The notes under the pieces were generated by a model. It saw only the letters and a list, made by a program, of their open reading frames with translations, did not search any database and was not told the origin of the DNA. From the NCBI GenBank assembly GCA_036679065.1, contig JAZIGN010000003.1, forward strand, positions 64,001 through 128,000: a stretch of DNA of 64,000 nucleotides. The letters are read 5' to 3'. The stretch's first letter is position 1; every line of letters starts with the position of its first letter. Positions 47,036 to 60,977 of the stretch are shown one piece after another. Source of the stretch: Coprothermobacterota bacterium. Lineage in GTDB: Bacteria > Coprothermobacterota > Coprothermobacteria > Coprothermobacterales > Coprothermobacteraceae. Both the position numbers and the translations under genes were made by a program.

Positions 47036-48835
47036 CTACTCCAGACCAAGCTCGCTTAGTTTCTCCGGCGTGGGAACGCCATCTTCATTCCAGCCACGCG
47101 CTTGGTAATAAAGTGGTAGCAGTTCAGACAGGTGATGCACAGCTCCTTTATTGGGTCCTTCTGCCACAGGCTGCTCAAGAAGCCGTTTCGGTAGTGTATC
47201 GTCAGCTTTGGTAAATCCGGCCTTCAAGTTAAACAAACGCTCTAAGTTCCAAACCCGTTCGCCAACTTTCATTAGTTCTTCTGTGGTGTAGTTAAAACCC
47301 GTATCAGCATTTACAAGGTCCCTGTAATCATCAGCTGTAAGCGCAAATGAGGTAAACAGACACAATCCCGCAGAATCAATGACCGCAGTCAAATCTTGGA
47401 AGGTCTTTACCCATTCTGGCTTGCCGTTGAGCTCCTGAGGATCCAACTTTTCAGGAATACCCAAAACTTCGGGAGAGATCATGTAACCTCTGACGTGGCA
47501 TCCACCACGGTTACTGGTAGCGTACTGAAGACCGTGTCCTTGAACACCTCTTGGATCGTAAGCAGGTAGTTCCTGTCCCTTTACGTGCATAGCAAATTCA
47601 GGATGTCCGTACATTTCTGAAAGTCGTTTGCTACCCTCAGCCAGCTTGTCCCCTAGCCCTTCCCTAAAAGCTATGGCTTTTGTATAGTACACAATGGCTT
47701 CAGAGCTACCGAATATGGGCTCAGGCCCTTTGTTAAGGTCTTCTTTGGGCAGATAACCTTTCTCATAAAGCTCCATGGCACAGGCAATGGTAGAACCAGC
47801 AGATATGGGATCAATGCCGTACTTATTGCAAAGATGATTTGCCTCACAGATGGCGATCAGATCATCAACACCGCAATCTGCACCATAGGCCCAGCCTGCT
47901 TCATATTCAGGTCCTTCAGAGTCAATACCGTTTGGCAGAGTTATGACACGACCGCAACCGATGGGGCAGGCGAAGCATGCCGTATTCTTTTTCAGGTACT
48001 TCTTTTCCACCAAAGCTTCTCCAGACACTTCATGAGTTCTCTCAAAAACCGATTCCTGGAAATTTCTTGTGGGGTATGCACCTGATTGGTTGATAATGTT
48101 GTCAAGTACTTTAGTACCCAGTGCTGGTAAACCTTCTCCAGTTACGGGATTTTGTTTTATGATATTGATTTTTTGTCTTACTACCTCCATAAAATCAGGG
48201 CTACTTGGTTTTGGCCTTCCACTGCCTCTTACCACAATGGCTTTTAGGTTCTTGCTTCCCATGACAGCCCCAACGCCTGTTCTACCAGCAGCACGGTGCT
48301 TATCGTTCATAACACCCGCAAATTTAACCAAGTTTTCACCGGCAGGGCCAATGCATGAAACGCGAGCTTTACCATCACCAAACTCATTTGCCAGTATGTC
48401 TGTGGTCTCAAATACATCCTTGCCCCACAACTGTGTTGCATCCTTAAGTTGAACCTCTTCATCATGTATGGAAAGGTAAACTGGCTTATCAGATTTACCT
48501 TCAAATATGACCATGTCGTAGCCTGCAAACTTCAACTCAGCTCCGAAGAAACCCCCAGAGTTGCTGCTAGCTATGGTACCAGTAAGTGGCCCCTTAGTAA
48601 TAACCATATAACGTCCGCCTGTGGGAGCATTTGTCCCAGTGAGTGGACCTGCAGCAAAAATGATCTTATTTTCTGGAGAAAGTGGATCTGCCTTGGGGTC
48701 AATTTCATCGTAAAGTATCTTGCTTGCCAAACCTCTGCCCCCAAGAAACATGCGCGATAAAGCGAAGTCCAGTTGCTCGGTTTTTATTTCCCCTGTGCTC
48801 AGGTTAACCCTGAGTAGCTTCCCAGCATAACCCAT
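47036..48835 (-). CDS. aor: Tungsten-containing aldehyde:ferredoxin oxidoreductase
   Basis: [54 protein letters not shown]. Confidence 0.95.
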   Translation of the reverse strand: MGYAGKLLRVNLSTGEIKTEQLDFALSRMFLGGRGLASKILYDEIDPKADPLSPENKIIFAAGPLTGTNAPTGGRYMVITKGPLTGTIASSNSGGFFGAELKFAGYDMVIFEGKSDKPVYLSIHDEEVQLKDATQLWGKDVFETTDILANEFGDGKARVSCIGPAGENLVKFAGVMNDKHRAAGRTGVGAVMGSKNLKAIVVRGSGRPKPSSPDFMEVVRQKINIIKQNPVTGEGLPALGTKVLDNIINQSGAYPTRNFQESVFERTHEVSGEALVEKKYLKKNTACFACPIGCGRVITLPNGIDSEGPEYEAGWAYGADCGVDDLIAICEANHLCNKYGIDPISAGSTIACAMELYEKGYLPKEDLNKGPEPIFGSSEAIVYYTKAIAFREGLGDKLAEGSKRLSEMYGHPEFAMHVKGQELPAYDPRGVQGHGLQYATSNRGGCHVRGYMISPEVLGIPEKLDPQELNGKPEWVKTFQDLTAVIDSAGLCLFTSFALTADDYRDLVNADTGFNYTTEELMKVGERVWNLERLFNLKAGFTKADDTLPKRLLEQPVAEGPNKGAVHHLSELLPLYYQARGWNEDGVPTPEKLSELGLE

Positions 48836-48859
48836 TTAGCTTCACCTCCGCCAAAGTCT

Positions 48860-48971
48860 GGCGCCCCTTTGCGAAGGTGGCAGGCGGAGCCGTTTCCAGC
48901 TTCACCCATCGGTCTGACGCCCTTGCCTTCCAATCCTACGAACGGCTTTAGGCACACAGACTCGGAACGCC
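48860..48971 (-). ncRNA. Moco/Tuco (molybdenum/tungsten cofactor) riboswitch, P3-less Tuco/Wco type
   Basis: Minus strand: P1 GGCGUUCC/GGGGCGCC, CCGAG, P2 GUCUG..CCUAA..CAGAC, P4 GGGUGAAGCUG-GAAA-CGGCUCCGCCU, P5 GC-N7-GC-AAAGG. Lies upstream of aor, with extended -10 TGGTAAAAT at 48980-48988. Confidence 0.85.
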
Positions 48972-49049
48972 TTTGCATCATTTTACCATAAAAGTTACAT
49001 AAATATGACTAGTCCGAGCCACTGTTATTTTGAATGCTATACTTTTAAT

Positions 49050-50792
49050 ATGTCTATGCTTTCAAATGCTGAGCTTTATAGCGTGGAGAAACCTTCACGA
49101 TATCTTGGTGGAGAATTTAACAGCATTGTTAAAGATTGGGAAAAGACACTTTACAAGGTGGCTTTACTTTATCCTGATCTTTATGAAGTAGGCATGTCAT
49201 ATCATGGGATGCAGCTCTTTTATTTCCTCATAAACCAAGAAGAGGATTTGTTGGCTGAGCGCGTGTTTACACCAGCAATAGACACCATAAAACTACTAAG
49301 AGAAAAGAACTTACCTTTGTGGTCCTTGGAGAACAAAAGACCACTATATGAGTTTGACGTAATTGCTGTGCATTTTCTCACAGAACTGGGAGCTACAAAC
49401 GTATTGGAAACCCTTTCTTTGGGACAAGTTCCCCTTATGTCATCGGAACGTACAAATAATGATCCCTATGTCATAGCTGGTGGACCTGCCATAAGCAACC
49501 CGTCTTTCTTTGAACCATTCTTGGATGCAGTTTTCATAGGCGAAGCCGATGATGTCATTGATGAATTAGTAAGATTCTTAGCAAAGGCTAAGCAGCAATG
49601 TGCCGATAGAAGAGAAACGTTGTCTGAGCTCGCCAAAGTTTTTCCTGGCATCTATGTACCAGCGCTTAGAAACACCGCTAAGGAGCATCACGTAATTAGA
49701 GAGAGCATTTTCTACCCAACAAAGTTCATAGTTCCTAATGTGGAAGCTGTGCAGGAACGTGCAGTAGTGGAGTTAGCCCGTGGGTGTACTCGCGGTTGCC
49801 ATTTCTGTCATGCCAGCTCCTACTACAGACCCGTAAGGGAGACTCCACCCCATGAAGTAGTGGAGCTTGTTAAAAGCATAAAACAAACAACGGGCTTTAC
49901 TGAGGTAGGCCTACTGTCACTGTCCACCTTTGATTACTCCAAACTAAGCGAAGTGGTAGACCTTTTATCTGGTGAACATTTGAGCATGAGCCTACCTTCG
50001 TTAAGGCTTGATTCTTTGGATACAGACCTTCTTAAAAAAGTGGATCCAACTAGACATCTGACCCTGACTTTCGCACCAGAAGCCGGCTCTGACCAGCTTA
50101 GGAAAAAACTAAACAAACCATTTAGCAATGAAGAAATCCTTCAAGCCGTGGATCTTCTTTCTAAAAGCGGGTGGAGCAAGTTCAAGTTTTATTTCATGGT
50201 CGGTCTACCTGAAGAAACCGAAAAAGATGTGCTCGACATTGTGTCACTGCTTAATGAAGCTGACACCATTGCCTTCAAGAACAATAGGAGAAGCCGCATA
50301 CATGCCACAGTGGCTTCCTTTGTTCCTAAACCCTTTACACCGTTCCAGTGGGAACGTCAAATATCACCTGAAGAAACGCTCGAGAAATATACCCTTATTC
50401 AGAAACACTTGAAGAAACAGATTGATGTTTCGTTCAGGAACCCGTGGTTTTCACTCCTTGAAGGAGTGCTCTCCAGAAGCGACTCAAAAGTGGCTGATTT
50501 GGTGCTTTTAGCATGGAAAGAAGGAGCCATATTCGATACTTCTGAGCAGTACGGTCAGCATTTCCTTTGGCAGTCAGCATGGGAAAAGCTGGGCATGGAT
50601 CCCATGGAGTACTTAAGAGCCAGAGATATAGAAGAACCTCTGCCTTGGGATCACATAAAGGTTGGACCATCTAAGGATTTTCTTTTGCTCCAAAGAGAAA
50701 AAAGTAGAAAGGGACTCCTAACTCCTGACTGCCGCATGAGTTGTTTGGGATGCGGAGTTTGTGGTGGTGATTTATGGCCCACGCTGGCTTGA
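49050..50792 (+). CDS. TIGR03960-type radical SAM protein (B12-binding-like domain)
   Basis: KPSRYLGGE, YPDLYEVGMS, RGCTRGCHFC, SLPSLR, TFAPEAGS, C-terminal DCRMSCLGCGVC. Confidence 0.9.
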   Translation: MSMLSNAELYSVEKPSRYLGGEFNSIVKDWEKTLYKVALLYPDLYEVGMSYHGMQLFYFLINQEEDLLAERVFTPAIDTIKLLREKNLPLWSLENKRPLYEFDVIAVHFLTELGATNVLETLSLGQVPLMSSERTNNDPYVIAGGPAISNPSFFEPFLDAVFIGEADDVIDELVRFLAKAKQQCADRRETLSELAKVFPGIYVPALRNTAKEHHVIRESIFYPTKFIVPNVEAVQERAVVELARGCTRGCHFCHASSYYRPVRETPPHEVVELVKSIKQTTGFTEVGLLSLSTFDYSKLSEVVDLLSGEHLSMSLPSLRLDSLDTDLLKKVDPTRHLTLTFAPEAGSDQLRKKLNKPFSNEEILQAVDLLSKSGWSKFKFYFMVGLPEETEKDVLDIVSLLNEADTIAFKNNRRSRIHATVASFVPKPFTPFQWERQISPEETLEKYTLIQKHLKKQIDVSFRNPWFSLLEGVLSRSDSKVADLVLLAWKEGAIFDTSEQYGQHFLWQSAWEKLGMDPMEYLRARDIEEPLPWDHIKVGPSKDFLLLQREKSRKGLLTPDCRMSCLGCGVCGGDLWPTLA

Positions 50793-51253
50793 CCATATTC
50801 TTTAGAAAGGTGGACGCTAGTGCTTGGCTTTCTTACAAGGACTATGTTCGCCATATCTCCTATGGATTAATACGTGCAAACTTGCCACTCCTTTATACAG
50901 AAGGTTTCCAAGAACGCATCCTTCTGCAAACACCTTCTGCATTACCTTTGGGTGTAAGTTCACTGGGAGAACCCTTTTTCATTCCAACGAAGGAGCCATT
51001 AAAAATCAGAGCAGAGGAGCTGCAGCCATTCTTTTCTTCACACGAGATGCCCGTTCTAGTGCTCAGTTACAAATTGGAACCCTATCTATCAGTTTTTCAA
51101 ACGCCTAAGGGCGTACTTAAGCTTCAACTGGAGAAACAGGGGCTGAAGAAAGTCCTAGATGAACAACAGCTTAAGCCATGGGAAGCAACGAAAGTTGGTA
51201 TTGAAATCATAAGCAGTGGACAAACAATAAATCTGAAGGCCTTAACAGACTAA
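50774..51253 (+). CDS. TIGR03936/DUF2344 radical SAM-linked protein (divergent)
   Basis: RANLPLLYTEGF...ALPLGVSSLGE; overlaps the TIGR03960-type gene. Confidence 0.75.
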   Translation: MAHAGLTIFFRKVDASAWLSYKDYVRHISYGLIRANLPLLYTEGFQERILLQTPSALPLGVSSLGEPFFIPTKEPLKIRAEELQPFFSSHEMPVLVLSYKLEPYLSVFQTPKGVLKLQLEKQGLKKVLDEQQLKPWEATKVGIEIISSGQTINLKALTD

Positions 51254-51309
51254 AATACTTTCTTAAAGATTGATGATATATATAGCAGAATTAGAACCAA
51301 AAGAGGTAA

Positions 51310-55387
<4,078 letters not shown>

Positions 55388-55521
55388 AAAATACCTCATC
55401 GTTATTCGCATGTTGTTATAAGTATGCATTCTCTTAAGTATTAGTGGAATATTAAATAGCATTGCAGTGCTTATGGTGTATAATGCTTCATAAGGAATCG
55501 GCATATGCGGAGGTGTGAAGC

Positions 55522-57945
55522 ATGAAGAAGATTGCAGTGGGGCTGCTGGTAGTTATGCTAGTAGCTTCATCCTTTGTGGGGTTCTCCCCTGTCAATGCAG
55601 CTAACTTCTCCGACGTACCTAAGACGCATCAGTATTACAAGTACATCACTAAATTAGCTGATGCAGGTATCGTAAAAGGAAGGTCTGCTACACAGTACGC
55701 ACCAAACGCCACTTTAAATCGTGCAGAATTGGCCACCTTGTTGGTCAACCTCAAGAAACTGCCACTGGAGACTTCTAAACAGTACTTCAAAGACGTACCA
55801 AAAGGCACATGGTATTACGGTTACGTTAACGCAGCTGCAAAAGCTGGCTTAGTAACTGGTTACGAAGATGGCACTTACAGACCCAACAACCCAGTAACCC
55901 GTGCAGAGCTGGCAGTAGTCGGCTTAAGAGGGTTAGGCGTAACACAAGCTACCATTGATCAGTATGCAAAGAACCCAATTTATCTTTCCAGTGATGAAAG
56001 CAAGTACACCAACTACTGGGCGAAGGGATGGCTAACAGCAGCCATTATGCCCAGGTATCAAGTACTTTCTTGGAGGCAGCCTGGCAGGTTAATTGCTGCA
56101 GACAAGGCAGCCACCAGAGGAGAAGCAGCTTACACCATTTACAAGATGAAATGGCCTGTAAAGAAAGGTGGACAACTTTACGTAATCCAGAGTGAAGAAC
56201 CCGCTACGTTGTTCAACCCATTGGACTCCATGGCAGCCATGAACCAGATACTGGCATTGGTTCAGGACGCTGAGCAAGGTTCTGACTGGAGAGGCAACTG
56301 GTGGCCACAGTTAGGACGCTGGGTACCTACCACTGAGAACGGCAAACAGGTCATTTACGAAAAACCACAGACCATTACGCTGGCGGACGGAACCAAAGTA
56401 CCCATTTACATGCGGTACGATTTTGGTTTAAGACCGGGTCTTAAGTGGAGCGATGGACAACCTATTACCGCTGATGACTTTATCTTTGGTACATTGCTGT
56501 ATTTGGCTAAAGATATGCCCGTACCAGGACTTGACCCCTATGACAGCGTAGCCAGAATTGAGAAGCTGGATAATTACACCATCAGAGTTTATTTCACAGC
56601 TGTAGACAAAAACAACCCCTACAACGTTTATGCCAAGTACGGCTTACCACTGTACCCGAAACACTGGTTCGAGCAAAACGTTTTGAAGACCACGGTAACC
56701 TACCCAAAGACTGTTGATTTTGTGCTTAAACACGACGCTAAGATGCAGTATCAATCCGACGTTTCCTACACCCTGCCTAGGAACTTAAAAGAAGTCATGG
56801 ACAAAAACGTAGAAGCCATTGTAAACTGCTCCTACAACACGAAACCCATGCACACTGGACCTTACAAGATCACCAACTGGGTGCAGAAAGGTTACATGGA
56901 GTTTGCACCCGATCCAAACTACTTCCTGGGCCCTGGACTCTTCGACAAAGTCATCATTGCATTCAGAAGTGTGGAATCTGGCTTAGCAGAACTACTCAGA
57001 GGACAGCCTGACTTAGCAATCATGGGTGTTATCAACACACAAAACGCAAAGACACTGGCTGCAAACTCCAGCTTCCTAAAACAGTACAAACTAAACAGCA
57101 TAACCTCGGTATTCTGGCAGCATTTCACCGTTAACTTCGACGATCCAAAGAACCTACCAAAGGACCCCAAACCAGGCGTAGCATACACCCACCCATTCCT
57201 AAGCGACAACAGAGTACGTCAAGCTCTGTCCTACTCCATCAACCGTCAAGACATCTCGAACCGTATCTACTACGGCATGAGACCTCTTTGCTACAACTTC
57301 GTTCTGCCAGGAACCCCTTATGACGAACCTTCTGTGAAGAACGTCTTTACGTATGATCCAGCTAAAGCAAACACTCTTTTACAACAAGCAGGCTTTAAGA
57401 AAGGCACTGATGGCATTTACGCTAAGAATGGAAAGAAGCTCAGTTTGCTTGCAAACATGGGTAACTCCACAGACCCAATCCGTGTTGTTCAGCTTGTGCA
57501 GCAGCAGTACAAGCAAGTGGGTATTAACCTAAACATGCAGGCACTAGACCCTGGTCCATTCTTTAACACCGTACTACCCCACAGACAATTTGAGATGGCT
57601 CTGTTCTCTTGGGGACAAAGCAGCATCCTTGAACCAGGTGGGAACACCTTGTATCAATCTTCCTACATTCCTTCCGAAGCAAATGGCTATCAGGGTCAGA
57701 ACTACAGCGGATTCCGTAACGCGCAGGCAGATGCTTTGATCGCTAAGTGGAATAGTTTCAATACTTCTGAGAGAACAAAAGCTTACAAGGATTTCACCAA
57801 GAATTACTGGTCCGTTTACATGCCAGAGATTCCATTACTATGGACCGACCAGCACGACGCTGTTAAGCTGAACATTGAAGGATACGACATGGGATTGGAC
57901 GTAGCAGCTCACACTTGGAACATTGCTTGGTGGTACAGAGAGTAG
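55522..57945 (+). CDS. SLH-domain/ABC oligopeptide-type substrate-binding protein (family 5) fusion, copy 1
   Basis: Signal peptide, SLH repeats (FSDVP...LNRAELA, FKDVP...VTRAELA, ATRGEAA), KWSDGQPITADD, TGPYKI, DNRVRQALSY. Confidence 0.9.
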   Translation: MKKIAVGLLVVMLVASSFVGFSPVNAANFSDVPKTHQYYKYITKLADAGIVKGRSATQYAPNATLNRAELATLLVNLKKLPLETSKQYFKDVPKGTWYYGYVNAAAKAGLVTGYEDGTYRPNNPVTRAELAVVGLRGLGVTQATIDQYAKNPIYLSSDESKYTNYWAKGWLTAAIMPRYQVLSWRQPGRLIAADKAATRGEAAYTIYKMKWPVKKGGQLYVIQSEEPATLFNPLDSMAAMNQILALVQDAEQGSDWRGNWWPQLGRWVPTTENGKQVIYEKPQTITLADGTKVPIYMRYDFGLRPGLKWSDGQPITADDFIFGTLLYLAKDMPVPGLDPYDSVARIEKLDNYTIRVYFTAVDKNNPYNVYAKYGLPLYPKHWFEQNVLKTTVTYPKTVDFVLKHDAKMQYQSDVSYTLPRNLKEVMDKNVEAIVNCSYNTKPMHTGPYKITNWVQKGYMEFAPDPNYFLGPGLFDKVIIAFRSVESGLAELLRGQPDLAIMGVINTQNAKTLAANSSFLKQYKLNSITSVFWQHFTVNFDDPKNLPKDPKPGVAYTHPFLSDNRVRQALSYSINRQDISNRIYYGMRPLCYNFVLPGTPYDEPSVKNVFTYDPAKANTLLQQAGFKKGTDGIYAKNGKKLSLLANMGNSTDPIRVVQLVQQQYKQVGINLNMQALDPGPFFNTVLPHRQFEMALFSWGQSSILEPGGNTLYQSSYIPSEANGYQGQNYSGFRNAQADALIAKWNSFNTSERTKAYKDFTKNYWSVYMPEIPLLWTDQHDAVKLNIEGYDMGLDVAAHTWNIAWWYRE

Positions 57946-57976
57946 TCGTTCATACTAACTTCTAAGCAACCTTTTC

Positions 57977-58010
57977 AGAGGGGAGCCCAAGTTGGCTCCC
58001 CTCTATTCAT
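57977..58010 (+). terminator. Terminator after SLH-SBP copy 1
   Basis: AGAGGGGAGCC-N6-GGCTCCCCTCT with a weak U tail. Confidence 0.7.
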
Positions 58011-58070
58011 TTAAGTATTCTACGGTGTGGTATAATAAATTACAACTTTCTCACATAGGAGGTGTGGGGT

Positions 58071-60494
58071 GTGAAGAAAATTGCAGTGGGGCTGCTGGTA
58101 ATTATGCTAGTAGCTTCATCCTTTGTGGGGTTCTCCCCTGTCAATGCAGCTAACTTCTCCGACGTGCCAAAGACGCACCAGTATTACAAGTACATCAACA
58201 AGTTAGCTGACGCCGGCATCGTAAAAGGAAGGTCCGCTACACAGTACGCACCAGACGCCACTTTAAATCGTGCAGAATTGGCCACATTGTTGGTCAACCT
58301 CAAGAAATTGCCATTAGAGACTTCTAAGCAGTACTTCAAAGACGTAAAACCCGGAACATGGTATTACGGCTACGTTAATGCAGCTGCTAAAGCTGGCTTA
58401 GTAACCGGTTACGAAGATGGCACTTACAGACCCAACAACCCAGTAACCCGTGCAGAGCTGGCCGTAGTAGGTTTAAGAGGACTAGGTGTAACACAAGCTA
58501 CCATTGACCAGTATGCGAAGAATCCAATTTATCTTTCCAGCGATGAAAGCACTTATGCCAACTACTGGGCGAAGGGATGGCTCACAGCAGCTATTATGCC
58601 CAGGTACCAAGTACTCAGCTGGAGGCAGCCTGGCAGGCTAATTGCTGCAGACAAGGCAGCCACCAGAGGAGAAGCAGCTTACACCATTTACAAGATGAAA
58701 TGGCCTGTAAAGAAAGGTGGACAACTTTACATCATTGAGGAACAGGAACCCGCTACATTGTTCAGTGCATTGGACTCCATGGCTGCCATGACGCAGGTTC
58801 TGGCATTGATCATGGATGGTGAGCAGGGCTCTGACTGGAGAGGCAACTGGTGGCCACAAATGGGCCGCTGGGTACCCACCACCGAGAATCGCAAGCAGGT
58901 CATTTACGACAAGCCACAAAAAATAACCCTGCAAGACGGAACACAGGTTGACATTTACATGAGGTACGACTTTGGCCTAAGACAGGGCCTCAAGTGGAGT
59001 GACGGTGAACCCATCACAGCTGACGACATTATCTTCGGCACATTGCTTTATCTGGCAAAGGACATGCCCGTACCGGGTATTGACCCCTATGACAGGATAG
59101 CCAGAATTGAAAAACTTGATGATTACACAATCAGAGTGTACTTCACTGCAATAGATAAGGAAAACCCCTACAACGTTTATGCCAAGTACGGACTACCCAT
59201 GTATCCAAAGCATTGGTTTGAAAAGAACGTTCTTAAGACAACTGTGACATATCCGAAGACCATCGACTTTGTATTGAAACACGATGCAAAACAGCAATAT
59301 TTGTCTGATGTTTCCTACACGTTACCTAGGAACATAAAAGAAGTCATGGACAAAAACGTAGAAGCCATTGTAAACTGCTCCTACAACAGGAAGCCCATGC
59401 ACACTGGACCTTACAAGATCACCAACTGGGTGGAGAAAGGTTACATGGAGTTTGCACCCGATCCAAACTACTTCTTAGGTCCTGGACTCTTCGACAAAGT
59501 AGTATTCGCTTTCAGAAGTGCTGAATCAGGCTTGGCAGAACTGCTAAGGGGACAACCCGATGTGGCAATCATGGGTGTTATCAATACACAAAACGCAAAG
59601 ACACTTTCTGCAAACAGTAACTTCCTAAAGCAGTACAAACTCAACAGCATACCATCGGTGTTCTGGGAGCACTTCACCGTTAACTTTGACGATCCTAACA
59701 ATCTACCTGATGCTCCAAAGCCAGGCGTAGCATACACCCACCCATTCCTAAGCGACAACAGAGTACGTCAAGCACTGTCCTATGCTATTAACCGTCAGGA
59801 CATTTCTAACCGTGTCTACTACGGCATGAGACCTTTGGCTTACTACCACGTGCTACCCGGTAGTGCCTTTGATGAACCATCCCTCAAGAATGTGTTCATA
59901 TATGACCCAGGAAAGGCTGATACGTTGCTGAAACAGGCAGGTTTAACTAAGGGTAGTGACGGAGTATACGCCAAGGGTGGAAAGAAGCTCAGCTTGCTTG
60001 CTCAAACAACTACTAGGACTGACCGTATTAACACACTACAGATTATCCAGCAGCAGTACAAGCAGGTTGGTATAAACCTGAGCATGCAGCCTTTGAACGC
60101 TTCTGACTTCTTCAACACGGTACTGCCACACAGGACGTTTGAACTTGGCCTGTTTGCTTGGGGACAGAGCAGCATTCTCGAACCAGGTGGAACTACACTG
60201 TACATGTCCAGGTACATTCCTTGCAAAGCTAACGGCTACCAGGGACAGAACTACAGCGGATTCCGCAACGCTGATGCTGACGCCCTCATGAATAAATGGA
60301 CCAGTTTTGACATGACTGAAAGAACAAAAGCTTACAAGGATTTCGGAAAGCTCTACTTTGGTGTTTACATGCCAGAAATGCCAATCGTATGGCATGATCA
60401 GCATGACGCCGTTAAGCTGAACATTGAAGGATACGATCTTGGATTGGACGTAGCAGCTCACACTTGGAACATCGCTTGGTGGTACAGAGAGTAG
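58071..60494 (+). CDS. SLH-domain/ABC oligopeptide-type substrate-binding protein fusion, copy 2
   Basis: Paralog of 55522-57945; GTG start after AGGAGG; own extended -10 TGGTATAAT at 58028-58036. Confidence 0.9.
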   Translation: MKKIAVGLLVIMLVASSFVGFSPVNAANFSDVPKTHQYYKYINKLADAGIVKGRSATQYAPDATLNRAELATLLVNLKKLPLETSKQYFKDVKPGTWYYGYVNAAAKAGLVTGYEDGTYRPNNPVTRAELAVVGLRGLGVTQATIDQYAKNPIYLSSDESTYANYWAKGWLTAAIMPRYQVLSWRQPGRLIAADKAATRGEAAYTIYKMKWPVKKGGQLYIIEEQEPATLFSALDSMAAMTQVLALIMDGEQGSDWRGNWWPQMGRWVPTTENRKQVIYDKPQKITLQDGTQVDIYMRYDFGLRQGLKWSDGEPITADDIIFGTLLYLAKDMPVPGIDPYDRIARIEKLDDYTIRVYFTAIDKENPYNVYAKYGLPMYPKHWFEKNVLKTTVTYPKTIDFVLKHDAKQQYLSDVSYTLPRNIKEVMDKNVEAIVNCSYNRKPMHTGPYKITNWVEKGYMEFAPDPNYFLGPGLFDKVVFAFRSAESGLAELLRGQPDVAIMGVINTQNAKTLSANSNFLKQYKLNSIPSVFWEHFTVNFDDPNNLPDAPKPGVAYTHPFLSDNRVRQALSYAINRQDISNRVYYGMRPLAYYHVLPGSAFDEPSLKNVFIYDPGKADTLLKQAGLTKGSDGVYAKGGKKLSLLAQTTTRTDRINTLQIIQQQYKQVGINLSMQPLNASDFFNTVLPHRTFELGLFAWGQSSILEPGGTTLYMSRYIPCKANGYQGQNYSGFRNADADALMNKWTSFDMTERTKAYKDFGKLYFGVYMPEMPIVWHDQHDAVKLNIEGYDLGLDVAAHTWNIAWWYRE

Positions 60495-60527
60495 TCATTC
60501 ATACTAATTTCTAAGCAACCTTTTCAA

Positions 60528-60561
60528 AGGGGAGCCCAAGTTGGGCTCCCCTCTTCTTTTT
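60528..60561 (+). terminator. Terminator after SLH-SBP copy 2
   Basis: AGGGGAGCCC-N5-GGGCTCCCCT followed by CTTCTTTTT. Confidence 0.8.
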
Positions 60562-60678
60562 ATCAAACGAAAGCCATGAAGAACATCAGTCTTGTGCTTT
60601 ATAATGAAAAAGGTTATATGTCGCTGGTGAAACGCACATGTTCACGAAAACAAGTGTGATTTACAGGAGGTGCTTGTT

Positions 60679-60972
60679 GTGTTTAACATATCCCCCGAAA
60701 CGCTGAAGCATTTGGAAGAGCTCGCCCAACTGGAGCTACCTCTGGGCTTGGAGGAAAAAATGCTTCAGGACTTGAACCACATACTGAGTACCTTTGAAGT
60801 GATAAGCGTGGTTGAGAAACCGCCCGAAAGCGGCGTGGAACAATCAGCTTTCTTAAGAGCTGACCAGCCACTGCCTTATACTGATGCATCCAGGTTGTTT
60901 GACCCAAGCAGGCTCAAGAACGGCTTTCTCAGAGTAAAACCTGTGCTCGAAGATAAAGAAGAAGAGGGTTAA
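60679..60972 (+). CDS. gatC: Asp/Glu-tRNA amidotransferase subunit C
   Basis: HLEELAQL, LRAD, NGFLRVKPVL; directly upstream of gatA. Confidence 0.85.
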   Translation: MFNISPETLKHLEELAQLELPLGLEEKMLQDLNHILSTFEVISVVEKPPESGVEQSAFLRADQPLPYTDASRLFDPSRLKNGFLRVKPVLEDKEEEG

Positions 60973-60977
60973 GGTTT

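Larger units (their letters stand above)
55522..60552 (+). repeat. Tandem duplication (2549-bp period) of the SLH-SBP gene plus its terminator
   Basis: Both CDSs are 2424 nt and colinear; the 3' UTR and terminator are also duplicated. Confidence 0.95.
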
